Part shown: positions 52,756-60,526 of the stretch, piece by piece | Layout: the number at the start of each line of letters is the position of its first letter | How positions within the stretch are numbered: the first letter of the stretch is position 1 | Assembly: GCA_045403135.1 (NCBI GenBank) | Contig: JAXIPC010000094.1 | Coordinates: forward strand, 5,013-69,012 | Direction of reading: 5' to 3' | DNA: 64,000 nucleotides | From: Gemmatimonadales bacterium | Lineage (GTDB): Bacteria > Gemmatimonadota > Gemmatimonadetes > Gemmatimonadales > GWC2-71-9 | Translations under genes and position numbers: made by a program | Notes under the pieces: generated by a model | Database searches by the model: none | What the model was told of the DNA's origin: nothing | Seen by the model: the letters and a program-made list of their open reading frames with translations, nothing else

Positions 52756-53661
52756 TCAGGGAGACCGCTCCGATTGCTCTCGCTCCAGCGCCTTGCCGAT
52801 CGCGACGATGGCCGAATCCGACACCCGGGCCGCGAAGCGAAGATCCGTCTCGCCAAGGGGAGGATCACCGGTGCCGGTGCGCAAGAAGAACACCCCGGAC
52901 CGTTCCCCCCCCAGCGAAAACGGCAGCACCAGCGACGAACGGGTCTCGATGTTCTTCATTCCAGTATAGAGCGGGTCGGTGGTGGCATCCTGGACCAGGA
53001 CCACTTCGCCGGTCCGGAGGGCCTGCTGAATCTCCGGGTACCGGCTGGTATCCACCGACAGGTCAGTGAGCATCGGATTGTCGGAAGCCGCCACGACTCG
53101 CATCCGCTCCGCCCCGGGACGCCCGAGCAGGATCGAGCACCGCGGAATCCGGAGCACCGAGGCCACCTGACGGACCAGCACCTGGTACAGCTCGCGCGGC
53201 GGGAGATTCACGGTGATCTCCTTCAGGAGCTCCGCCAGCACCGCCTCGGATCGAGCCTCGGCGCGGTCCTGGTCGAGCGCGCGCCCGGCCCGGAGCTGGC
53301 CTCGGATCCGGGCAAGGAGCTCGGGAGCCCGCACCGGCTTGGCGATCACATTCGAGGCGTCGAGACCCATCGCCCGCATCGATTGTTCGGAGAGCGGCTC
53401 GGTGGAGAGCGCCAGTACCGGCAAGTGCCGGTGCCCGGGCGTCCTGCGGAGCAGCTCGAGTACGGAAAACCCATCCTCCCCCGGGAGGGACAAGTCCAGC
53501 AGCAGCAGATCCACCGTGCGGCTAGCCATGTATCCGGCAATCCCGGCGCCGGTGGAAAGCGCGGCGGCATCGTATCCGTTCTCGATCAGGAGGCGAGACA
53601 GCGTCCGCGCAAAGGTCTGGTCGCCATCGACGATCAGCACATGCGGAGCCAGGTCGCTCAT
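52756..53661 (-). CDS. response regulator with receiver + GAF domain
   Basis: MSDLAPHVLIVDGDQTF..DLLLLDLSLPGEDG receiver. The C-terminal about 150 aa is GAF-like (..RCSILLG..VVAAS..). Confidence 0.8.
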   Translation of the reverse strand: MSDLAPHVLIVDGDQTFARTLSRLLIENGYDAAALSTGAGIAGYMASRTVDLLLLDLSLPGEDGFSVLELLRRTPGHRHLPVLALSTEPLSEQSMRAMGLDASNVIAKPVRAPELLARIRGQLRAGRALDQDRAEARSEAVLAELLKEITVNLPPRELYQVLVRQVASVLRIPRCSILLGRPGAERMRVVAASDNPMLTDLSVDTSRYPEIQQALRTGEVVLVQDATTDPLYTGMKNIETRSSLVLPFSLGGERSGVFFLRTGTGDPPLGETDLRFAARVSDSAIVAIGKALEREQSERSP

Positions 53662-53662
53662 G

Positions 53663-54607
53663 TCAGGTGGTGAGGCGCGCGAAGAGGTCGGGATCCACGT
53701 TCCCTCCGCTCAGAATGGCGGCCACGGGGCCCGAAGGGCGGTAATGTCCTTCGAGGAGCGCGGCCACCGCGACCGCGCCGGAGGGCTCGACCCGAAGGCC
53801 CATGCTGTGAAACAGGAAGCGCACCGCGGAGCCGATAGCCGCTTCGGGAATACGCAGCGGTCGCTGAACCCGTTGTCCGATATAGCTCCAGGGAAGGTGT
53901 CCGAGCGCCACCGGCAGGAGGCCGTCGGCGATGCTGGCCGTGGCCGGGAGGGCCACTGGTTTTCCTGCCGCGAGCGCGGCGGTGAGCTTGGCAGCCCCCT
54001 CGGGCTCGACCCCGATCAGCTCCGCCGCTGAGCCCAGGGCAGCGGCGGCCAGGCAGCTTCCCCCGAGCAGGCCGCCCCCGCCGACCGGTACCAGCAGCGC
54101 CGAGATCTCGGGTCGCTCGTCCAGCATCTCGAGCGCACACGTGGCCTGACCGAGAATCACGTCCGGGTGCTCGAAGGGCGGGATCATGGCCAGGCCCTCG
54201 CGGTCGGCAAGGTCCTCCGCCGTCTTCTGGCGGATGTACCGGTCCACCAGAACCACCTCGGCGCCTTCCGCCCGCACCGCCGCGACCTTAACCGGCGGTG
54301 CATTGTCGTTCATGACGATCACCGCCCTCGTGCCCAGCCGCCGCGCGACCCAGGCCACGGCCCGCCCATGGTTTCCACTCGAATGGGCGATCACCCCCTT
54401 GACGCGCGCCGCATCGGGCAGGCGGGTCACGGCGGTCCAGGCGCCCCGGACCTTGAAGGCGCCGATCGGCTGCCATTGCTCGCACTTGAGCCAGACGGGA
54501 ACGCCCAGGCGTTCGGCGAGCCTGGGCGCTTCGATGAGCGGCGTACGGACTGCGATGCCCTCGAGCGCCGCCGCGGCCGCTCGAAGCTCGTCGAGCGCGG
54601 GGCTCAT
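53663..54607 (-). CDS. PLP-dependent serine/threonine dehydratase family protein
   Basis: Start at MSPALDELRAAAAALEG.. (54607). PLP-lysine motif ..QPIGAFKVRGA.. and ..SSGNHG.. with a glycine-rich loop VGGGGL. Confidence 0.85.
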   Translation of the reverse strand: MSPALDELRAAAAALEGIAVRTPLIEAPRLAERLGVPVWLKCEQWQPIGAFKVRGAWTAVTRLPDAARVKGVIAHSSGNHGRAVAWVARRLGTRAVIVMNDNAPPVKVAAVRAEGAEVVLVDRYIRQKTAEDLADREGLAMIPPFEHPDVILGQATCALEMLDERPEISALLVPVGGGGLLGGSCLAAAALGSAAELIGVEPEGAAKLTAALAAGKPVALPATASIADGLLPVALGHLPWSYIGQRVQRPLRIPEAAIGSAVRFLFHSMGLRVEPSGAVAVAALLEGHYRPSGPVAAILSGGNVDPDLFARLTT

Positions 54608-54610
54608 GGT

Positions 54611-54642
54611 CCGCCCATCCGCCCGTCCGCCTGTCCGCCTGT
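54611..54642 (-). repeat. 8-nt tandem repeat array, 4 units (CCGCCCAT CCGCCCGT CCGCCTGT CCGCCTGT)
   Basis: The array occupies essentially the whole 34-nt spacer between the gyrA stop (54642-54644) and the downstream start (54605-54607). Confidence 0.85.
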
Positions 54643-57137
54643 CATTCGACCGCCACGCCGGGCGATGGCGCCTCGTCGCCAGTGGGCTCCTCCGCACCAC
54701 CCTCATCCTCCTTGACCACCCGGGCCACGTCGACCAGAAGGTCACCCTCGTCGAGATGCATCACCCGGACGCCCTGGGTGTTCCGCCCGATGACCCGGAT
54801 GCCGTCGACCGGCACCCGAATGATGATTCCCTTCTTGGTGATCATCATCAGCTCGTCGTCGGGGAGGACTTCCTTGAGCGCCACCACCGCGCCGGTCTTT
54901 TCGGTGTTGTGGAAGGTGATGATGCCCTTGCCACCGCGCTTCTGCACCCGATAGTCCGACAGCTCGGAGCGCTTGCCGAAGCCATTCTCGGCCACGACCA
55001 GGAGGGTGGAGTCGCGCTGGATCACCACCATGCCGATCACCGCGTCGCCCTGGTCGAGCTCGATGCCCTTCACCCCGGTCGTGGCGCGGCCCATTTCGCG
55101 GGCGTCGCTCTCCTGGAAGCGGATGCTCATCCCGAGCCGGGTGGCCAGCACGATGTCGTTGTTGCCGTCGGTGATCTGAACGTCGATCAGCTCGTCGCCT
55201 TCTTCGATGTTGATCGCGTTGATGCCGTTGGCGCGCACGTTGCCGTAGGCCGACAGCACCGTCTTCTTGACCGTCCCGTTCCGGGTGGCGAACAGCAGCC
55301 ATTTGGAATCGACGAACTGCTTCACCGGCACCAGGGCCGCGATCCGCTCGTCCGGCCGGATGGCGATGCACTGGATCACCGGCTTGCCCCGCGCCGCGCG
55401 GCCGCCCTGGGGAATCTCGTGGACCTTGAGCCAATACACCTGGCCCTTGTCGCTGAAGAACATCACGTAGTCGTGGGTCGAGGCGATGAAGAGGTGCTCG
55501 ATCCAGTCGTCCTCCTTGGCGGTCGCGCCGGTCAGCCCGCGACCTCCGCGCCGCTGCTTCCGGTAGGTGGACACCGGAATCCGCTTGATGTAGCCGGAGT
55601 GGGAGATGGTGATGACCATGTCCTCTTCGGCGATCAGGTCCTCGACCGAGAAATCGTCCTGGTCGGGGATGATCTCGGTACGGCGGTCGTCTCCATAGTC
55701 CTTGGCCACCTCGGCCATCTCGGACTTGAGGATGCCCATGCGCTTTTCCTTGCTCTTGAGGATGCTCCTGAGCTCGCTGATCGTGAGCCGCACCTCCTTG
55801 AGCTCGGCGTCGAGCTTGTCGATCTCGAGTCCGGTGAGCTTGGCGAGGCGCATGTTGAGGATCGCCTCGCTCTGTTTCTCGGAAAACTTGAACCGGGCCC
55901 GGAGCTTCTTATCGGCCTCCTCGCTGTCGGAGGAGCCGCGGATGATCTTGATCACCTCGTCGATGTTGTCGACCGCGATCTTGAGGCCGTCGAGGATGTG
56001 CTCCCGGGCCTCGGCGGCGTTCAAGTCGAACTGGGTGCGCCGGATGATGATCTCGTGGCGATGCTCGATGAACCGCTCGAGCAGCTCCTTCAGGGGCATC
56101 ACCTTGGGCTGGCCCTTGACCAGGGCCAGGTTGATGACGCCGAAGGTGGACTGCATGGCGGTGTGCTTGTAGAGCTGATTCAGCACCACGCTGGGGATCG
56201 CGTCGCGCTTGAGCTCGATGACCAGGCGCATCCCGTCCCGGTCCGATTCGTCCCGCGCATCGCTGATGCCCTCGATCCTCTTCTCGTTCACCAGCGAGGC
56301 GATGTCCTTGTGCAGCGTGGCCTTGTTGACCTGGTAGGGCAGCTCGACCACCACGATCGCGGCACGGCCGGTGGAGGGCTTTTCCTCGACCTGCACCCGG
56401 GCCCGCATGATGACCTTGCCGCGACCGGTGGCGTAGGCATCCTTGAGTCCGCTGGTGCCGTAGATGTACCCGCCGGTCGGAAAATCGGGGCCCTTGATGT
56501 GCTTGAGCAGGTCTTCAGTGGCCGCGTCGGGCTTGTCCACCAGCAGCTCGACCGCCTTGGCCACCTCGCGAAGATTGTGGGGCGGAATGTTGGTGGCCAT
56601 GCCGACCGCGATTCCGCTGGAGCCGTTGACCAGCAGGTTGGGGATCTTCGACGGCAGCACCGTGGGCTCCACCAGCCGGTCGTCGAAGTTCGGCTGAAAA
56701 GCGACGGTGTCCTTGTCGATGTCCTCGAGCATCGCCACCGCGATGCGGGTGAGCCGGGCCTCGGTGTACCGGTACGCCGCGGCGGGATCGCCGTCCACCG
56801 AGCCGAAGTTGCCTTGCCCGTCCACCAGCGGATAGCGGAGCGAGAAATCCTGCACCATCCGCACCATGGCGTCGTACACCGAGGCGTCGCCGTGCGGGTG
56901 ATACTTGCCCAGCACGTCGCCCACCACCGTCGCGGATTTCTTGTAGGGCCGGCCCGGCACCAAACCGAGCTCGTTCATCGCGTGCAGGATTCGCCGGTGC
57001 ACCGGCTTCAACCCGTCGCGCGCGTCGGGCAGCGCGCGCGACACGATCACGCTCATCGAGTAGTTGATGAAGCTCTGCTTCATCTCCTCTTCGATGGCGC
57101 GAGGCAGAATCCGTTCACGCGAATTGGGCGCGGTCAT
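54642..57137 (-). CDS. gyrA: DNA gyrase subunit A
   Basis: 831 aa. ..[18 protein letters not shown].. (QRDR region), catalytic Tyr in ..[11 protein letters not shown].., C-terminal beta-pinwheel repeats. Confidence 0.97.
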   Translation of the reverse strand: MTAPNSRERILPRAIEEEMKQSFINYSMSVIVSRALPDARDGLKPVHRRILHAMNELGLVPGRPYKKSATVVGDVLGKYHPHGDASVYDAMVRMVQDFSLRYPLVDGQGNFGSVDGDPAAAYRYTEARLTRIAVAMLEDIDKDTVAFQPNFDDRLVEPTVLPSKIPNLLVNGSSGIAVGMATNIPPHNLREVAKAVELLVDKPDAATEDLLKHIKGPDFPTGGYIYGTSGLKDAYATGRGKVIMRARVQVEEKPSTGRAAIVVVELPYQVNKATLHKDIASLVNEKRIEGISDARDESDRDGMRLVIELKRDAIPSVVLNQLYKHTAMQSTFGVINLALVKGQPKVMPLKELLERFIEHRHEIIIRRTQFDLNAAEAREHILDGLKIAVDNIDEVIKIIRGSSDSEEADKKLRARFKFSEKQSEAILNMRLAKLTGLEIDKLDAELKEVRLTISELRSILKSKEKRMGILKSEMAEVAKDYGDDRRTEIIPDQDDFSVEDLIAEEDMVITISHSGYIKRIPVSTYRKQRRGGRGLTGATAKEDDWIEHLFIASTHDYVMFFSDKGQVYWLKVHEIPQGGRAARGKPVIQCIAIRPDERIAALVPVKQFVDSKWLLFATRNGTVKKTVLSAYGNVRANGINAINIEEGDELIDVQITDGNNDIVLATRLGMSIRFQESDAREMGRATTGVKGIELDQGDAVIGMVVIQRDSTLLVVAENGFGKRSELSDYRVQKRGGKGIITFHNTEKTGAVVALKEVLPDDELMMITKKGIIIRVPVDGIRVIGRNTQGVRVMHLDEGDLLVDVARVVKEDEGGAEEPTGDEAPSPGVAVE

Positions 57138-57234
57138 GGGCGATCGGACCTTGGGCTACGGTGAGGGCGGGACAATCGGGGGAAATATAGACGGCCGGAC
57201 GGCGGGAAGGCAACTCCGGATGAGCCACCTAACT

Positions 57235-57292
57235 GGTTGATTTTAAAGGAATTAAGAGTCAACCTGAGCGAAGCGAAGGGGCCAGTCTCAGG
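57235..57292 (-). terminator. two adjacent inverted repeats in an AT-rich patch downstream of the RND operon
   Basis: CCTGAG (57263-57268) pairs with CTCAGG (57287-57292) across the TGA stop of the RND gene. GGTTGA (57235-57240) pairs with TCAACC (57259-57264) around TTTTAAAGGAATTAAGAG. The stems are short, so terminator function is only plausible. Confidence 0.3.
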
Positions 57293-60200
57293 ATGCGATG
57301 GGCCCCTGCGTCGCGGTGCTCCTCAGGGTGACCTTGGCGCGCCTTCCCACCAGGTACGCCGGCACGATAAACAAGGCGCCGAGGGTACCCGCGATGGTGC
57401 CGCCGGCAGTGGCCAGCGCGATCGCGCTGAACATATTGTCGTCGCCGGCACCGATGGCCAGGGGGATCAGGCTGGCGAGCGTGGTGAGGGTCACCAGCGT
57501 GATCATGCCGGCGCGGTCGCTCGCGGCGGCGAGGACGTCTTCGACGGACAGGCGGACAGTCGGACGGGCGGATGGCAGAACGCTCGCGGTGCCCTCTATC
57601 CGCCCTTTCGCCCCTCCGCCCCTCCGCCGCTTCTCCAAAGCTGCATCCACCAGCAGAATCGCCTGGTGCACCGCGAGCCCCACCACGAGGATCACGCCGA
57701 CCGCGGCTTCGCGGCTGAAGGACGTTCCGGTGGCCCAGAAGACCGCGGCGACACCCGCGAGACAGAGCGGCAGCGCGAAGAACACCATCGCCGTGGCCCA
57801 CACCGAATTGAAGACGATGGCCACCGCCAGAATGACCAGCGTCACCCCCGCCGCAAAGACCAGCCACAACCCCTTGGTGCTCTCGTCTTCCTCCCAGGAG
57901 AACTGCTGGTCGCTCACCGTGTACCCCGCCGGCGCGGTGATCGATTTCATGAATGCTTCATGGGTGCGGTTGGCCAGCTTGGCGGGGCCGCGGAAATCGT
58001 AGGCCACGACCCGCAAGTACTGCTGGTCTTCCCGCTGGATGGTTCCCAGCCCCTCGCGCTCGCTTACCGCGGCCAGGTCGCCGACCCGCACCGGCGAACC
58101 GCCCGCGGTCGGCACCAGGGCGGAGCGCAGCTCGTCGAGCGAGCGCTCCCGGGATCCGCTGGCCTTGAGCGAAACCAGGATCTCCTCGCCGTCGAACTCG
58201 AGCTGCTGCCCGCCGACGGCGCCGCGAATTTCCCGGGCCACGGCGTCGGCAAACTCCCGGGAGGTGACCCCGGCGCGGGCCAGCGCGGCGCGGTCGGGCG
58301 TGAGGATCACGCTCACCGCGCGATCGTTGCCCCAGTAGCTCGCCGCGTTGATGTTCACGTTGCGCACCCGCGAGATGCCCTCCAGCCGCTGCTGCAGGTC
58401 CTTGGCTAGCCGCTCGACTCCGCCGAAGGAGTAGCCCAGGATCTTGATGCGGAACGAGACCGACGACGAGCCGCCGCCGTTGAAGAACCCGGGCCCCCGG
58501 CCGTAGACACCGATGGAAGCTCCGCCGACCAGCACCGCCCGCTGGGTCATCTCCTCCTGCATCATCAGGGGGAGCGCCGTGAGCGCCGCGTCCTGGGCGA
58601 AGGTCACCTGGACCTGTGCCTGAGAGCCGAAGCCGCGCGCCTCCACCTTCTCCACGCCGGGGCGCCCCACGGCGATCCGCTCGAACTCAGCCATGCTCCG
58701 GTCCAGACTGGCGGGATCGGAGCCGCGCGGAAAGTTCAGCGATACGCTCAGCGTGGTGCGTTGCCCATACCAATTGCCGAATGACGACTTGGGGACCCGC
58801 TTGACGAAGCCCCAGCCCATCACCGCCAGCAGCGCCACGGTGAGCGCGATGGTCACGCGGCGCCAGCGGAGCAGGGGAGCCAGGGCGACGGTATAGAACC
58901 GGATGAGCCGGGGCCAGCCGCCGGTCTGGTTCCCGCCCACCCCGACGGCGGGGATCATCACCACCGAGGAGAAGACCGACCAGATGAGCCCCAGCGCGAA
59001 CGCCGCCGCGAAGGGCACGAAGGCCGCCCGCGCGTTGCCCTGCAGGTAGAGGAAGGGAACCAGCACCACGACCGTCGTGAGCGTCGATCCCACCACGGCT
59101 CTGGAGATCCGGCTTCCCGCGGCGGCTCGCGCCTCCGGCGTGTCGGGTACCCGGCGCAACCGGTCCACCACCACCACGCCATCCTGAACCAGGATGCCGA
59201 TTCCCATGCCCAGTCCCGCCAGGGTCAGCAGGTTGGCCGGGATCTCCAGCAAATAGAGGCCGAGCGCGGTGCCGGCAATGGCGATCGCGGCGCTGCCCAT
59301 GACCAGCATGACCGGGCGGAGCCGCCGCATCGCGATCAGCAGTACCAGCGTCACGGCGACGAAGGCGATGGCGCCGCGGGTTACCAGATCGCGGAGCTGC
59401 TTGCGCAGCTCGACGCTCTCGTCCGACTCGAGCTTCATGGTGACGCCGGGCGGGAGCACGGAAGTCAGGCCCGCGACCGCGGTGCGGACCCGCGCCGCGG
59501 TATGGATCGCGTCGGCACCGGGAAGGCGGGTGATGTCGAGCCCCACCGCCGGCACGCCGTTCAGCCGGGAGAATCGGCCCCGGGCATCCTCGTCCGGCCG
59601 AACGGTGGCCAGCTCGCCCAGACGGAAGACTCGGCCGCTCGGCGCCCGGATCGGGAGCTCTTCCAGGTCCTGGTAGGCGTGGGGCTGGTCGCGCAGCACG
59701 ACGCTGCGCACCGACGCGCCATTGTGCTCCTCGCCCAGGGCCCGCACCACCCGCGCCCCCGCCAGCGCCGCCGAGAGCAGGGCCGGAGGAATCTCCAGCT
59801 GCCGGAGCCGCTGGACGTCGTAGGACACCGCGACGCCCAGCTCGGCCGCGCCGAATTCGGTGACGTTCGACACACCCGGGATCGAGGTGAGCCGCGGCCG
59901 GAGCTGCTCGCGGGCGAGCCGGCTCAGCGTCCCGGGCGTGTAGGGTCCGGCGAGCGAATACTGGAGCAGGGGCTGCTCGTCCAGCTCCTCCGGCACGTAG
60001 TTCGACACCTGGGGCGCCGTCGCGCCCTCGGGCAGCATGCTGTCGGAGCGGAGCAGCTGGAGCCGCTCATGGATGGCGAGGCGGGTGAGCTGCACGTCCG
60101 CATCCGGCTCCAGCTCGACGGTGATGGAGGAGTTGCCCCGGTCCCCATTGGAGGTGCTGCTGGTTTTCCTGACCCCGCGCACGCCCTGGATCGCCGCTTC

Positions 60201-60395
60201 GATCGGCGAGGTGAGGTAGGTCTCCAGCAGCTCGGCGGAGGCGCCGAACCAGGTTGCGCCGACGGTGAGCCGGGGCAGCTCGACGCTGGTTCTGGTGGCG
60301 AGAGGGAGCCGGGTGAACGCGAGACTGCCCGCGAGGATGAGCGCGCCGCCGAGGGCCCAGATGACGGCGGGACGGGTGGTGGCCCATCGTATCAT
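57288..60395 (-). CDS. RND efflux transporter permease subunit (second permease of the operon)
   Basis: Start at MIRWATTRPAVIWALGGALI.. (60395). 12-TM AcrB/MdtC-like architecture. Carries a repeat-encoded insertion at 57543-57637. Confidence 0.9.
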   Translation of the reverse strand: MIRWATTRPAVIWALGGALILAGSLAFTRLPLATRTSVELPRLTVGATWFGASAELLETYLTSPIEAAIQGVRGVRKTSSTSNGDRGNSSITVELEPDADVQLTRLAIHERLQLLRSDSMLPEGATAPQVSNYVPEELDEQPLLQYSLAGPYTPGTLSRLAREQLRPRLTSIPGVSNVTEFGAAELGVAVSYDVQRLRQLEIPPALLSAALAGARVVRALGEEHNGASVRSVVLRDQPHAYQDLEELPIRAPSGRVFRLGELATVRPDEDARGRFSRLNGVPAVGLDITRLPGADAIHTAARVRTAVAGLTSVLPPGVTMKLESDESVELRKQLRDLVTRGAIAFVAVTLVLLIAMRRLRPVMLVMGSAAIAIAGTALGLYLLEIPANLLTLAGLGMGIGILVQDGVVVVDRLRRVPDTPEARAAAGSRISRAVVGSTLTTVVVLVPFLYLQGNARAAFVPFAAAFALGLIWSVFSSVVMIPAVGVGGNQTGGWPRLIRFYTVALAPLLRWRRVTIALTVALLAVMGWGFVKRVPKSSFGNWYGQRTTLSVSLNFPRGSDPASLDRSMAEFERIAVGRPGVEKVEARGFGSQAQVQVTFAQDAALTALPLMMQEEMTQRAVLVGGASIGVYGRGPGFFNGGGSSSVSFRIKILGYSFGGVERLAKDLQQRLEGISRVRNVNINAASYWGNDRAVSVILTPDRAALARAGVTSREFADAVAREIRGAVGGQQLEFDGEEILVSLKASGSRERSLDELRSALVPTAGGSPVRVGDLAAVSEREGLGTIQREDQQYLRVVAYDFRGPAKLANRTHEAFMKSITAPAGYTVSDQQFSWEEDESTKGLWLVFAAGVTLVILAVAIVFNSVWATAMVFFALPLCLAGVAAVFWATGTSFSREAAVGVILVVGLAVHQAILLVDAALEKRRRGGGAKGRIEGTASVLPSARPTVRLSVEDVLAAASDRAGMITLVTLTTLASLIPLAIGAGDDNMFSAIALATAGGTIAGTLGALFIVPAYLVGRRAKVTLRSTATQGPIAS
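57543..57637. repeat. inverted pair of 8-nt repeat arrays (GGCGGANN units) inside the RND permease coding sequence
   Basis: The left arm is GACGGACA GGCGGACA GTCGGACG GGCGGATG, followed by a spacer of about 23 nt. The right arm is TATCCGCC CTTTCGCC CCTCCGCC CCTCCGCC GCTTCTCC. The element is translated in frame as ..RRRGGGAKGRIEGTASVLPSARPTVRLS.. Confidence 0.8.
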
Positions 60396-60414
60396 GCCCA
60401 GCGCTCCTGGTCGG

Positions 60415-60526
60415 GAGGCAAAGAGGCAAGGAGGCAAGGAGGCAAGGTTGATCTCACGCGACGACCTCGCGTCTGGCGGTCATAGCCTCTTTGCCTCTTA
60501 GCCTCTTTGCCTCTTTCCGTCTTTCC
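60415..60526. repeat. inverted pair of 8-nt repeat arrays at the junction of the two RND permease genes
   Basis: The left arm is GAGGCAAA GAGGCAAG x3 (60415-60446), followed by a 36-nt centre. The right arm is TAGCCTCT TTGCCTCT TAGCCTCT TTGCCTCT TTCCGTCT (60483-60522). The arms are about 27/32 complementary, and the right arm encodes the C-terminal tail of the upstream permease. Confidence 0.85.

Noticed and set aside
54186-57164. 992-aa ORF on the + strand, plus similar long ORFs at 36102..38198 (-), 45165..47087 (-), 900..2246 (-), 33671..35050 (+) and 57237..58409 (+)
   Set aside because: All lie antisense to, or out of frame with, genes that have clear family signatures (gyrA, GMC oxidoreductase, asparaginase/OMP, rhomboid/VOC, selO, RND). 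Their translations are Arg/Gly/Pro/His-rich with no motifs. Long stop-free antisense frames are expected in GC-rich DNA.
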